Source of the DNA: a virus
Lineage: Duplodnaviria > Heunggongvirae > Uroviricota > Caudoviricetes
Virus record (IMG/VR): IMGVR_UViG_3300022719_000284
Location: 1 to 26,826 of that record
Strand: one strand, 5' to 3'
Length of the DNA stretch: 26,826 nt
Position 1 is the stretch's first letter. Each line of letters begins with the position of its first letter. Of the stretch, positions 1 to 7,563 are shown piece after piece. The translations under genes were made by a program, and so were the position numbers. The notes under the pieces are model-generated. The model was given only the letters and a program-made list of their open reading frames with translations, had not been told where the DNA came from and searched no databases.

Positions 1-174
1 CGTCACCGTGAAGATGGTCCTGCTGTTGAGTGGGCGGACGGAACTAAAGAATGGCACCTAAACGGTGAGCAAATATCCCTTAGTGAGTTTAAGTACAGGA
101 CTAGGCCAGTTCCTAGAAGAAGAGAAGCTATTCTGGCCCAGAGAAGATACAAAAGCATGGTACCTAAACGGTGA
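1..174 (+). CDS. 3' end of an HREDGPA-type (MORN-like) repeat protein, 5'-truncated by the window edge
   Basis: Frame 1 reads RHREDGPAVEWADGTKEWHLNGEQ..., a repeat unit common in large phages and giant viruses; TGA at 172-174; not in the ORF track. Confidence 0.8.
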   Translation, partial: RHREDGPAVEWADGTKEWHLNGEQISLSEFKYRTRPVPRRREAILAQRRYKSMVPKR

Positions 175-190
175 ACAGGTTTAATAAATA

Positions 191-253
191 GACCGGGACT
201 GCATTTCTTACTCACCCACTCAAGTGGCATGTTGTAAAAAACCAGTCCCGGTT
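191..253. terminator. Inverted repeat between convergent genes (putative terminator/structured 3' end)
   Basis: ACCGGGACTG (192-201) is the reverse complement of CAGTCCCGGT (243-252); internal CCAC/GTGG hairpin. Confidence 0.4.
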
Positions 254-266
254 GTCTACTTCCGTT

Positions 267-632
267 TTACGTTTTAACTGGGATTGTTTTTGGCTTAACT
301 TTTGGACTCTCACCTAGAGTCAAATAAAGAGTTCCATACTCATATTTAGCTTCTATTGCGTCTGTTGCCCATCTATCATCAACGGTAAAGCTCTTATGAA
401 TCTTACGCTCTTTGTGCTCCCCCCTTATACTTAAAATTCCATCACGAACTTCTACTTTGATTGAATCAGGAGGAATACCGGGGACATCTACCGAAAATGT
501 AAGATTTCCATTATCGTCGGTTTTGCCAACCATAGAAATCCCCCAAAGGGGCCTACCTGCTAGACCGTTATGCCTTTTTGGCATGGATAAAACTGTAGGA
601 AGAAAATCATCTAAAATAGAATCAGTTCGCAT
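267..632 (-). CDS. Small heat shock protein (Hsp20/alpha-crystallin)
   Basis: VDVPGIPPDSIKVEVRDGILSIRGE, IEAKYEYGTLYLTL and C-terminal IPV motif; ATG at 632 preceded by an AGGAG RBS, preferred over 686. Confidence 0.92.
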   Translation of the reverse strand: MRTDSILDDFLPTVLSMPKRHNGLAGRPLWGISMVGKTDDNGNLTFSVDVPGIPPDSIKVEVRDGILSIRGEHKERKIHKSFTVDDRWATDAIEAKYEYGTLYLTLGESPKVKPKTIPVKT

Positions 633-774
633 TTTTATCTCCTTTTGTTGCGAGTCTTTCTGCTCGCTGAATTGAACAGTTAGCACGACTAAAGTCCTGT
701 CAACACTGTGACTATTAAAATTCTAGGGATCAAATAATGCTAATTTTGAGTCTAAATGTAATTAACACACCGAG

Positions 775-826
775 GCCAAAATCAAGCTAACTGGTGGATA
801 TGTTAACATATTAGTTGATTCTTGGC
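775..826. promoter_or_regulatory. Long imperfect hairpin in the divergent intergenic region
   Basis: GCCAAAATCAAGCTAA pairs with TTAGTTGATTCTTGGC; internal palindrome ATATGTTAACATAT; T-run follows. Confidence 0.4.
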
Positions 827-1003
827 ACCTTTTTGAAAACGATGTGGAAGAATTCTTTGTCACACAATAGCATTATCAATGCTACTCACATAGGTGATTA
901 TTTAGGAGAATCTCCGTTAGTCTAAAGTTTACGCGCCAAAAACTGGTGAACGATTTAGAGTAAATTTATAGTTTATTTCAACTTCACCCTAAAAGGAAAT
1001 AAA

Positions 1004-1558
1004 ATGAGCGTTAGGGTCGGAAGAATTCTTCGTCATGAAGACATACATGGTGTTTCTGGTGTCGGGGACAACAAGGCTGACGTATTTGAAGCTAGCGACG
1101 GAACATGCGTAATACGCTGGCTAGGTAAAGACGGTTCCACAAATGTATATGCTTCTGTTAAGAACGCCATGAATGTTCATAGTCATGGAGGTAAAACAGA
1201 AATTGCGTGGATATGGGAGCAAGAGGACGACCCTGACCCCATGGATAAGGTTTTTGAAAAGAAGCTCACAGAAGCAGGAGTCGCTGTGTCTTTGGGGGCT
1301 ACAGCCCCAACCGGTCCTGTAGGTCACACAGCAGGTACTACCGAAGCAACTCTAGATGCTGTTGCTGAAAGGCTTGCAGACGCGGCTCGTGCAGCATCGG
1401 AGAACGAGGACGCTGCGGTTGACGCCATAGCGGATAGATTAGCATTAAAGGTTTCAAAAAAGCTTGTTGAAAAAGTTGCGGCTACTATGACTGTAGACGA
1501 AGAAAAAGATTCAGATCCTTCCGAAGAAGAGGAAATCTCCTCAGAAGAGTGCCACTAA
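1004..1558 (+). CDS. Conserved phage hypothetical protein with acidic C-terminal extension
   Basis: RHEDIHGVSGVG...SDGTCVIRW...HSHGGKT resembles a widespread phage family (D-x-S/H-GVSG...DG...RW...HGHGG.T); RBS AAGGA. Confidence 0.75.
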   Translation: MSVRVGRILRHEDIHGVSGVGDNKADVFEASDGTCVIRWLGKDGSTNVYASVKNAMNVHSHGGKTEIAWIWEQEDDPDPMDKVFEKKLTEAGVAVSLGATAPTGPVGHTAGTTEATLDAVAERLADAARAASENEDAAVDAIADRLALKVSKKLVEKVAATMTVDEEKDSDPSEEEEISSEECH

Positions 1559-1583
1559 AGTTTCAAATCTGTTGTGACGATAG
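1556..1583 (+). promoter_or_regulatory. Sigma28-like promoter motif
   Basis: TAAAGTTT-N12-GACGATAG versus FliA consensus TAAAGTTT-N11-GCCGATAA. Confidence 0.45.
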
Positions 1584-1590
1584 GAAATGT

Positions 1591-1686
1591 ATGAAAACAC
1601 TAATCAGTATCGGTATGTTCTATATCATTCTCTGCGTGTCTGCGGCAATATTCGTTAGTGTTTTTCTGTCCGAAGGGCTTCCGTAA
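1591..1686 (+). CDS. Small single-TM membrane protein (31 aa)
   Basis: MKTLISIGMFYIILCVSAAIFVSVFLSEGLP; AGGA upstream; below the ORF-track cutoff. Confidence 0.55.
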   Translation: MKTLISIGMFYIILCVSAAIFVSVFLSEGLP

Positions 1687-1721
1687 ACAATAATTGATAT
1701 TTAATGGGAAAGGGATAGATT

Positions 1722-1895
1722 GTGAAACTCCCCAGAATTAGCTTCTTCAATCCTATCAGATATTTCCAGTATGGGAACACGAAGCCCTTCCGCAGGAGAG
1801 CCAGTTGTAGGAATCCCAAATGTTGCAGGCAAGAGTGGATGATTTATTTGCCTGGAATATTGGTCTTCGTAGATATACCGAAGAGGTTCCAGTAG
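1722..1895 (+). CDS. Hypothetical protein (57 aa)
   Basis: GTG start after purine-rich GGGAAAGGGA; MKLPRISFFNPIRY...PKRFQ; fills the gap. Confidence 0.5.
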   Translation: MKLPRISFFNPIRYFQYGNTKPFRRRASCRNPKCCRQEWMIYLPGILVFVDIPKRFQ

Positions 1896-1923
1896 ATTAT
1901 GTCCTAACCCATTTTGTTTATAA

Positions 1924-2190
1924 CTAAAGAGAGAAAAGAAGGTAGATCTAAATGACGTACGGGTACCTAAGGCTTATCGAAAGCTAGATCGGGATGCCAT
2001 TGAGGAGTACGCAGAATATTATACCGGAGGTGATTCGCCAAAAAAGATGGAGCCCTTCCTCTCTTGCCTGATAGACGAGGATAACAACCTAGTGGATGGT
2101 TACCACAGGTACACAGCCGCACAGAGCGCAGGCAAGCGCAAAATAAACGCGATATTCCCTCTGGGTCCCGAAGAGCTGGAGAGAACATAA
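1924..2190 (+). pseudogene. ParB/Srx-like nuclease domain without an in-frame start
   Basis: Open frame LKREKKVDLNDVRVPKAYRKLDRDAIEEYAE...CLIDEDNNLVDGYHRYTAA...INAIF carries the ParB DGxHR motif; in-frame TAA at 1921-1923 upstream. Confidence 0.7.
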
Positions 2191-2219
2191 ATTAATGGTT
2201 GAGGTTTAAAGGAAATAGT

Positions 2220-2462
2220 ATGCCGTCAAGCACCTCTTGGAGAGCAGGACGTTGGTTCTGGTACTGTAATGAGCAGAACCGATCCATGGACTGGAAAGAT
2301 CACTGGAGCTGCGGGGCTATATCCCGACTTACCTATTCTACCCAAGAAGAGGCAGACAAGGCAGCAGCCAGACACGGCAATAGAACTTGCCATGAAATAA
2401 AGGTTTCCTGTATTCAGCCTAAGGGGCAGAGATTTAGTAGAACTAATAAGTGTCATAATTAA
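2220..2462 (+). CDS. Hypothetical protein
   Basis: ORF track; ATG at 2220 follows AAGGA; Cys/His/Trp-rich; 3' end overlaps the tRNA remnant. Confidence 0.55.
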   Translation: MPSSTSWRAGRWFWYCNEQNRSMDWKDHWSCGAISRLTYSTQEEADKAAARHGNRTCHEIKVSCIQPKGQRFSRTNKCHN

Positions 2463-2494
2463 AAGCCGCAGGTTCGAATCCTGCCCCCGCTACC
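2420..2494 (+). pseudogene. Degenerate tRNA-Met(CAT), initiator-like; only the 3' portion is intact
   Basis: Perfect T arm GCAGG-TTCGAAT-CCTGC (2468-2484), acceptor 3' strand CCCCGCT-A-CC, TCATAA at anticodon-loop spacing (CAT 2454-2456); 5' half and anticodon stem do not pair. Confidence 0.65.
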
Positions 2495-2532
2495 CTCTTA
2501 GAGAAAGAGGAAATGGAAAAGGATGTCTTTAC

Positions 2533-2790
2533 ATGTCATATTACCTTAATGTAGAATTCGACGCCGACTTCGATAAAGCTTTCGATTACGACTTCGAGGT
2601 TAGTCTAGGTAGGCAGGCGAAGAAATTTCGAGGTGAGTTGTCCGGGGCGGGTTGTGGTTTCGGGGTCAGGAACATTGGGTTCATCTTCCGCACCGAGAAA
2701 AGCGCGATGAGGTTTCGATCTTGGTTCAGGAAGCGAAAGAGAGCTTGGAAAATTCGTAATATTGATATTTCTCCAACAGAAGAAGATTAA
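2533..2790 (+). CDS. Hypothetical protein
   Basis: ORF track; RBS AAGGA; GAGCGFGVRNIGF motif. Confidence 0.65.
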   Translation: MSYYLNVEFDADFDKAFDYDFEVSLGRQAKKFRGELSGAGCGFGVRNIGFIFRTEKSAMRFRSWFRKRKRAWKIRNIDISPTEED

Positions 2791-2820
2791 AACAGAGATG
2801 AAAGAGGAAGTGGGCAAGAA

Positions 2821-3032
2821 ATGGATGTAAATCTGGTCTTGATAACGGTTACTCTCATGGGGGTATTTTATAGCTTTCTATTTTTGGGTAGGAGCTTTGA
2901 CCAGAATAGCGGGGTCAGGTAAGACGGTCCTAGATAGGAAAGTTCTTTCTCAATGTGGCTGGGGGCTAGCTTTTGCTTTCTTAGGTTCTTTGGGCACCTA
3001 CCTACTTAAAAGTTCCATAGTATTTCACTAGA
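2821..3032 (+). pseudogene. Small two-TM membrane protein interrupted by a +1 frameshift in a G5 run
   Basis: MDVNLVLITVTLMG continues in the +1 frame as YFIAFYFWVGALTRIAG...GWGLAFAFLGSLGTYLLKSSIVFH*. Confidence 0.5.
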
Positions 3033-3052
3033 ACGCATCAAAGGGTTTTACG

Positions 3053-3355
3053 ATGACACAAACTTCCCTGTGCAAGAAAAAGCAGAAAAAGCGAAGAGAG
3101 AAGGGACAACCTAAGCCTGTGCGTAAACGTATACAACCCAACCAACTCCACGCCCGGGATGAGCGCGGGATGTACCAAGGGCGAAAAGGGAGACACCAAC
3201 TGTTCATAGATCTATATGAAGCCTACCAGCTCTATGATTCCCCTAACGGGGCACAAGTTATTGATTTTCTCTTCATGTGGGAAAATAACGATACAGAAAG
3301 GGTGATTACAGGTTTCCAAATGATGCGCCGGCTGGGTGTAGTTCTAGCTAAATAA
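3053..3355 (+). CDS. Hypothetical protein, basic N-terminus
   Basis: ORF track, co-oriented with neighbours. Confidence 0.6.
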   Translation: MTQTSLCKKKQKKRREKGQPKPVRKRIQPNQLHARDERGMYQGRKGRHQLFIDLYEAYQLYDSPNGAQVIDFLFMWENNDTERVITGFQMMRRLGVVLAK

Positions 3356-3399
3356 GCTTAACCTATAGGGGTAGAAAACAGCTAAATCGGGGTTTACTA

Positions 3400-4095
3400 A
3401 TGAGTAAGAATTATTCAATTAACAAGCATCGATTAACGATTCTAGTTGGAGTAATTCTTCTTCTACTGGATTTTGGTTTCCCAAAAACCTATCTAAGTGG
3501 AACAAACAATGCCGAAATAAATTACCTCCCCAGACAAACGGAAAGCGTTGCAAAAATAGAATACAAGAAATTTCTCTTCGAAAGAAAAGAGGCAATGTGG
3601 AACGCTACAGTAGATAAAGTAGCAGAAGAAACACTAATTGGGGACAGGGTTTTCGCAGAGCGAGTTGCTAACGCCTTGGAATCATATTCCTCAGAGTTTG
3701 ATATGGACCCATGGCTAATAGCTTCCCTTATCAGAGTGGAAAGCGGTGGTAATCCCGATGCAGTATCCCGTGTAGGGGCCATCGGCCTTACTCAAATAAT
3801 GCCACGAACAGGGCTTCAAATAGCAAAAGAGTTAAACATCAAAAATTATACAAGAAAAATGTTGTTTCACCCCGAAACAAATATCAGAATGGGTACCTTC
3901 TATCTTAGAAAGCTGATAAATAGGTTTGAAGGGAATCTACATGCTGCGTTGGCTGCATACAATTGGGGCCCCACGCACATCTCGGAAAGACTTGAGAGAG
4001 AAGAAAGCCTCCCTATACAATACCCAAGTAAGGTTCTAAAAATGGAACCCGACAAAGCTCAACTGGCGTTGGCTAACGATAATTATGGGTATTGA
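3400..4095 (+). CDS. Lytic transglycosylase (SLT/GH23) with N-terminal TM segment
   Basis: IRVESGGNPDAVS (catalytic E), GAIGLTQIMP, ALAAYNWG motifs; hydrophobic N-terminus. Confidence 0.93.
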   Translation: MSKNYSINKHRLTILVGVILLLLDFGFPKTYLSGTNNAEINYLPRQTESVAKIEYKKFLFERKEAMWNATVDKVAEETLIGDRVFAERVANALESYSSEFDMDPWLIASLIRVESGGNPDAVSRVGAIGLTQIMPRTGLQIAKELNIKNYTRKMLFHPETNIRMGTFYLRKLINRFEGNLHAALAAYNWGPTHISERLEREESLPIQYPSKVLKMEPDKAQLALANDNYGY

Positions 4096-4098
4096 TTT

Positions 4099-4530
4099 GT
4101 GAAACTTCAAAACCCCGAATATGGACTCTGCGTTCCTCACGTACTTCACCATATAATTTCCTATAAAAAAAGAAATATAACTGTAGAAGATATCAAAAGG
4201 GACTGCAAATCTCACAAGGTTCATGGAACAACCGAAGAAGGCGTTAAACAGTGTTTGAAAAAACACAGCTTTAAGTTTGCTAGATTTAAGTTCACGTATC
4301 GTGACATTAGGGAAATTTGTAAAAAGAGTACACCTATAGTTGCTACTTATAAATGTAGCGATAGGGAAGGTCACTTTACTATAATTACAGGTGTTCACAC
4401 AGAACGTAAGATCGAGTATATTTCACTAATGGATCCTCTATATGGGTTTATAGTATTCCCATTTTCAGTATTTAGGGTTTTGTGGAAATTAGACGGAAGT
4501 TGGGCTAGGTTAGTAGTTCCAAAAGACTAA
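4099..4530 (+). CDS. Peptidase C39-like cysteine protease
   Basis: Q...C near N-terminus (LQNPEYGLC), GHFTII, LMDPLYG, F..LW. Confidence 0.8.
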   Translation: MKLQNPEYGLCVPHVLHHIISYKKRNITVEDIKRDCKSHKVHGTTEEGVKQCLKKHSFKFARFKFTYRDIREICKKSTPIVATYKCSDREGHFTIITGVHTERKIEYISLMDPLYGFIVFPFSVFRVLWKLDGSWARLVVPKD

Positions 4531-4540
4531 AGACGAAAAA

Positions 4541-4659
4541 GGATACAGCTTATCTTATCCGGCTGTGTCTCGGCTGCCCTGGGTAAACCCCAGGGAGGAC
4601 GCCGCGACTAGCGGCATGGAAAAGAAATGGACCCGGTAGTCAATTTTGACTACCGGGTC
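4541..4659. other. Cluster of four consecutive hairpins (candidate ncRNA/terminator/origin element)
   Basis: 4541-4570, 4577-4595, 4601-4615 and a perfect 14-bp-arm inverted repeat 4630-4659. Confidence 0.6.
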
Positions 4660-4719
4660 TAAAAGTTTTTAGGGAAATTAAAATTAAAAAAGACAAAGTA
4701 AGGTGGTTATTTTCTTGGC

Positions 4720-4980
4720 ATGGGACGGGTAAGAGTACCGGGTCTAAATATTGACCTGTCACACCTTCAACAAGAAGTGTTGACATTTTATGAGTTAATA
4801 CGCAACCCTCACTGGATGACAGAAGAAAATTTCAAAAAAAGAAGATCAGTCTGTGATGGACTAACCTTTCTTGTTTTAAACCTATCATCAAACGCTGATA
4901 AAAGCGAAGCGTGGAATCTCTTTCATGAAGCTATGGACGAGTATCATGCTAAATGTGATGAATTAAATATCCACCCCTAG
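4720..4980 (+). CDS. Hypothetical protein
   Basis: ORF track; AAGGTGG upstream. Confidence 0.6.
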   Translation: MGRVRVPGLNIDLSHLQQEVLTFYELIRNPHWMTEENFKKRRSVCDGLTFLVLNLSSNADKSEAWNLFHEAMDEYHAKCDELNIHP

Positions 4981-5189
4981 CCAAATATCCACCTTCTCCA
5001 GAACCATTTTCTCTTTTTAGGCACTGTATTTTGTTTAGCAAGTTTCAGAGAAAGCTTGGCCCGATCATCCAAAAGATCGTTTATAGCTTTTACAGCGCAG
5101 GCTGCTGTAATATGATTTGGGTTTTCTATTAATTGTCTAGCAATTTCTCTGTAGTATTTTCGGGGAAGCTGCATTTGTCTCCCCTTCAT
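4977..5189 (-). CDS. Hypothetical protein
   Basis: ORF track; basic/Trp-rich C-terminus; convergent 4-bp overlap. Confidence 0.55.
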   Translation of the reverse strand: MKGRQMQLPRKYYREIARQLIENPNHITAACAVKAINDLLDDRAKLSLKLAKQNTVPKKRKWFWRRWIFG

Positions 5190-5218
5190 CGATTTGTGTA
5201 GGCATTTTATATTTTACC

Positions 5219-5671
5219 TCAAAACTGTAAAGAAAATCGGACCTTTTCTCCGTCCGTTGTACTGATTTCAGTGAATTGGCCTTCAAGGCCGGTCGCTATT
5301 TTCCAGCCACGACCGGCCCTAATACGCCCTTTGTGGGGGCCATTTGTAAATATCATTTTTTGCCTACCTGCTTCTGCTATGACAACAGAGTGTTGTAGGT
5401 ATTTTGAGCCTAGAGCAACCATATCTCTAACATCTGGGTCATGTACAAGGAACATAGGTTCTGTTCTTCCCCCGTAATTACCTGTGGCTGGGGTTACCCT
5501 ATATCCTGCCTCTTCTATTTCGTTTTTTAAAGCCTCATGACTATTTCCACCTGAAATGAGGGCGTATCTACCTTTATTTAACAAATGGACTAGCTCAGCA
5601 CAGGAAATATCAGTGAATTCACCTAAAGTCGGAGTTTTCCATAGCAATTGCTGCACTATACCCATGCCCAT
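5219..5671 (-). CDS. DUF3293-like protein (possible SAM-lyase-like fold)
   Basis: YALIS..N..L...I...GY....GNYGGRTEPMFLV...ALGSKYLQHSVV pattern; start probably at MGMGIV (5671/5665) rather than 5806. Confidence 0.6.
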   Translation of the reverse strand: MGMGIVQQLLWKTPTLGEFTDISCAELVHLLNKGRYALISGGNSHEALKNEIEEAGYRVTPATGNYGGRTEPMFLVHDPDVRDMVALGSKYLQHSVVIAEAGRQKMIFTNGPHKGRIRAGRGWKIATGLEGQFTEISTTDGEKVRFSLQF

Positions 5672-5680
5672 AAAATAAGC

Positions 5681-5708
5681 TAAAGTTTCGGGTTTTGTCG
5701 TCCGAAAT
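5681..5708 (+). promoter_or_regulatory. Sigma28-like promoter motif upstream of prs
   Basis: TAAAGTTT-N12-TCCGAAAT. Confidence 0.4.
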
Positions 5709-5859
5709 AAAGACCATGAGAATTTTTCAAGATAATTACAAGGTTCCTTAGAAGTTACCATCATTACATCTAACGTTAAGGGGAGATTAGCTCCAATATT
5801 TCCCACGTCTTTTTATTATTGACAATATTTTGCTTAATCCTAATAAGGAATCTATTAAA

Positions 5860-6807
5860 GTGAACAACTTACGAGTCTTTACAGGTAATTCCAATCCGGA
5901 GCTTGCTAAGAAAATTGCGGCTGACTTGGACATAGAGGTCTCAAAGACAAAGGTAAGCAATTTCAAAGACGGAGAGGTGCAGGTAGCTATTCAAGAGAAT
6001 GTTAGAGGCGCAGACTGCTTTGTGGTGCAGAGTACCTGTCGTCCATCAAACACAAGCCTCATGGAGCTTCTAATCCTAATAGACGCCTTGAAGCGATCTA
6101 GTGCCAGACGAATCACGGCAGTTGTCCCATACTACGGGTATGCTCGTCAGGACCGCCAAAATGCTGTTCGTATGCCAATCACTGCTAAACTAGTAGCTAA
6201 TTTGATTCAAACTGCTGGAGCAGATAGGGTTATGACTATTGATATCCACGCTCTACAGATTGTAGGGTTTTTCGATATTCCAGTGGACAATCTTTTTGCT
6301 AAGCCAGTTCTTCTAGAAGAAATTAAAAAAATGTTTAATAGCCAAGAGAACATAACTATTGTATCTCCTGACGCTGGCGGCACCGGAAGAGCAAGAAAGT
6401 ATGCTAAGAGACTAGACGCCCCGTTAGCAATTATTGATAAGAGAAGAGAAAAAGCTAACGAATCCGAAGTGATGAACTTAATTGGTAAAGTAGATAATAG
6501 TCATTGCATTGTGGTAGATGACATGATTGACACGGCTGGGACACTTTGTAGTGGGGTTGAAGCCTTGCTTGAACACGGAGCAACAAGCGTAACTGCGGCT
6601 ATTACCCACCCTGTTCTAAGCGGTAGAGCTTGGCAGAATATACAAGAAAGAAAACTAACCCTTATTACTACAGATACCATTCCCCTAGAGTTTCCTGATA
6701 GCCATGTAGCCAGAACACAAATTAAAGTGGCTTCAGTAGCACCCCTACTTGCCGAAGCTATACGACGAACTAATAATGAAGAGAGTATTAGTATTCTTTT
6801 CCGGTAA
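5860..6807 (+). CDS. prs: Ribose-phosphate pyrophosphokinase (PRPP synthetase)
   Basis: FTGNSNPELA, FKDGEVQV, PYYGYARQDR, VSPDAGG, VVDDMIDTAGT; GTG at 5860 after AAGGA (track start 5830). Confidence 0.97.
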   Translation: MNNLRVFTGNSNPELAKKIAADLDIEVSKTKVSNFKDGEVQVAIQENVRGADCFVVQSTCRPSNTSLMELLILIDALKRSSARRITAVVPYYGYARQDRQNAVRMPITAKLVANLIQTAGADRVMTIDIHALQIVGFFDIPVDNLFAKPVLLEEIKKMFNSQENITIVSPDAGGTGRARKYAKRLDAPLAIIDKRREKANESEVMNLIGKVDNSHCIVVDDMIDTAGTLCSGVEALLEHGATSVTAAITHPVLSGRAWQNIQERKLTLITTDTIPLEFPDSHVARTQIKVASVAPLLAEAIRRTNNEESISILFR

Positions 6808-6811
6808 AGGT

Positions 6812-6838
6812 TAAAGTTTCACCCAGGGGCGTCGAAAA
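6812..6838 (+). promoter_or_regulatory. Sigma28-like promoter motif
   Basis: TAAAGTTT-N11-GTCGAAAA, intergenic, canonical spacing. Confidence 0.55.
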
Positions 6839-6916
6839 GCTCATATGTAGAAAATCTGGGGAAGAAGATAACTCGTCATAAGAAGCAGTCGAAAACACAA
6901 AGGAAAACTAGTCTTT

Positions 6917-7483
6917 ATGAGATATGCATTTGTCATGAGAGGAATTCCCGGTAGCGGGAAATCAACGGTAGCGAAAATTATCGCTGAAACATTCAAAAAT
7001 AGTGGTCTCACCGCGACTATTCATTCCACCGATGATTTATGCATGGTCGATGGAGAATATAAGTGGAGCGCCGATCTTGCTCCCCAAAGACATGAACAGA
7101 ATCTAAGCAACTTCAAGGATTCTTTGTTCTCTGGGGACGATTGTGTTATTTGTGACAATACAAATGTAAAGCGCGAACATTTTGACCTTTACGTAAAAGC
7201 AGCCCAAAGAGCAGGTTATGTTGTAGCTTTTGTAGAATTACCTCATCCAGCTCCAATCGAAGCTGCTTGGAGGAACTCCCATAGAGTCCCTAGTGATGTA
7301 ATCACCAAGATGGTATTTGATTGGGAGCCCTCACAGCAAACCGGCACTTCAATCAGACTTGCAGAAGCCAGTACAATCACGGAAAGGATTAGATCAAGCA
7401 GAAGATTTTGGGCAACATTATCGTTTTTAGTAGGTCTCATTACAGGGACTCTGCTTCAATTGGTAATGAAATATGCTTCATGA
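6917..7483 (+). CDS. AAA_33 family P-loop kinase (polynucleotide-kinase/N4BP2-like) with C-terminal TM helix
   Basis: MRGIPGSGKST Walker A, HSTDD, ICDNTN, RNSHRVP; hydrophobic C-terminus. Confidence 0.88.
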   Translation: MRYAFVMRGIPGSGKSTVAKIIAETFKNSGLTATIHSTDDLCMVDGEYKWSADLAPQRHEQNLSNFKDSLFSGDDCVICDNTNVKREHFDLYVKAAQRAGYVVAFVELPHPAPIEAAWRNSHRVPSDVITKMVFDWEPSQQTGTSIRLAEASTITERIRSSRRFWATLSFLVGLITGTLLQLVMKYAS

Positions 7484-7563
7484 ACCCATTTAACACAGAA
7501 AACCATGTTAAAAAATATAAAAGGCAATTATTGCCCAAAAGAAAGGAAAGAAGAAATTTATGA
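7480..7563 (+). CDS. Basic mini-protein (27 aa), translationally coupled
   Basis: MNPFNTENHVKKYKRQLLPKRKERRNL; ATGA overlaps with both flanking genes. Confidence 0.45.
   Translation: MNPFNTENHVKKYKRQLLPKRKERRNL

Noticed and set aside
680-706. CIRCE operator upstream of Hsp20
   Set aside because: Only TTAGCAC matches; the second arm and spacing do not fit TTAGCACTC-N9-GAGTGCTAA
2907-2950. TAGCGGGG complementary to the tRNA remnant acceptor strand (permuted or split tRNA)
   Set aside because: Only 8 bp, no canonical D-arm consensus follows, and it lies inside a plausible membrane-protein frame
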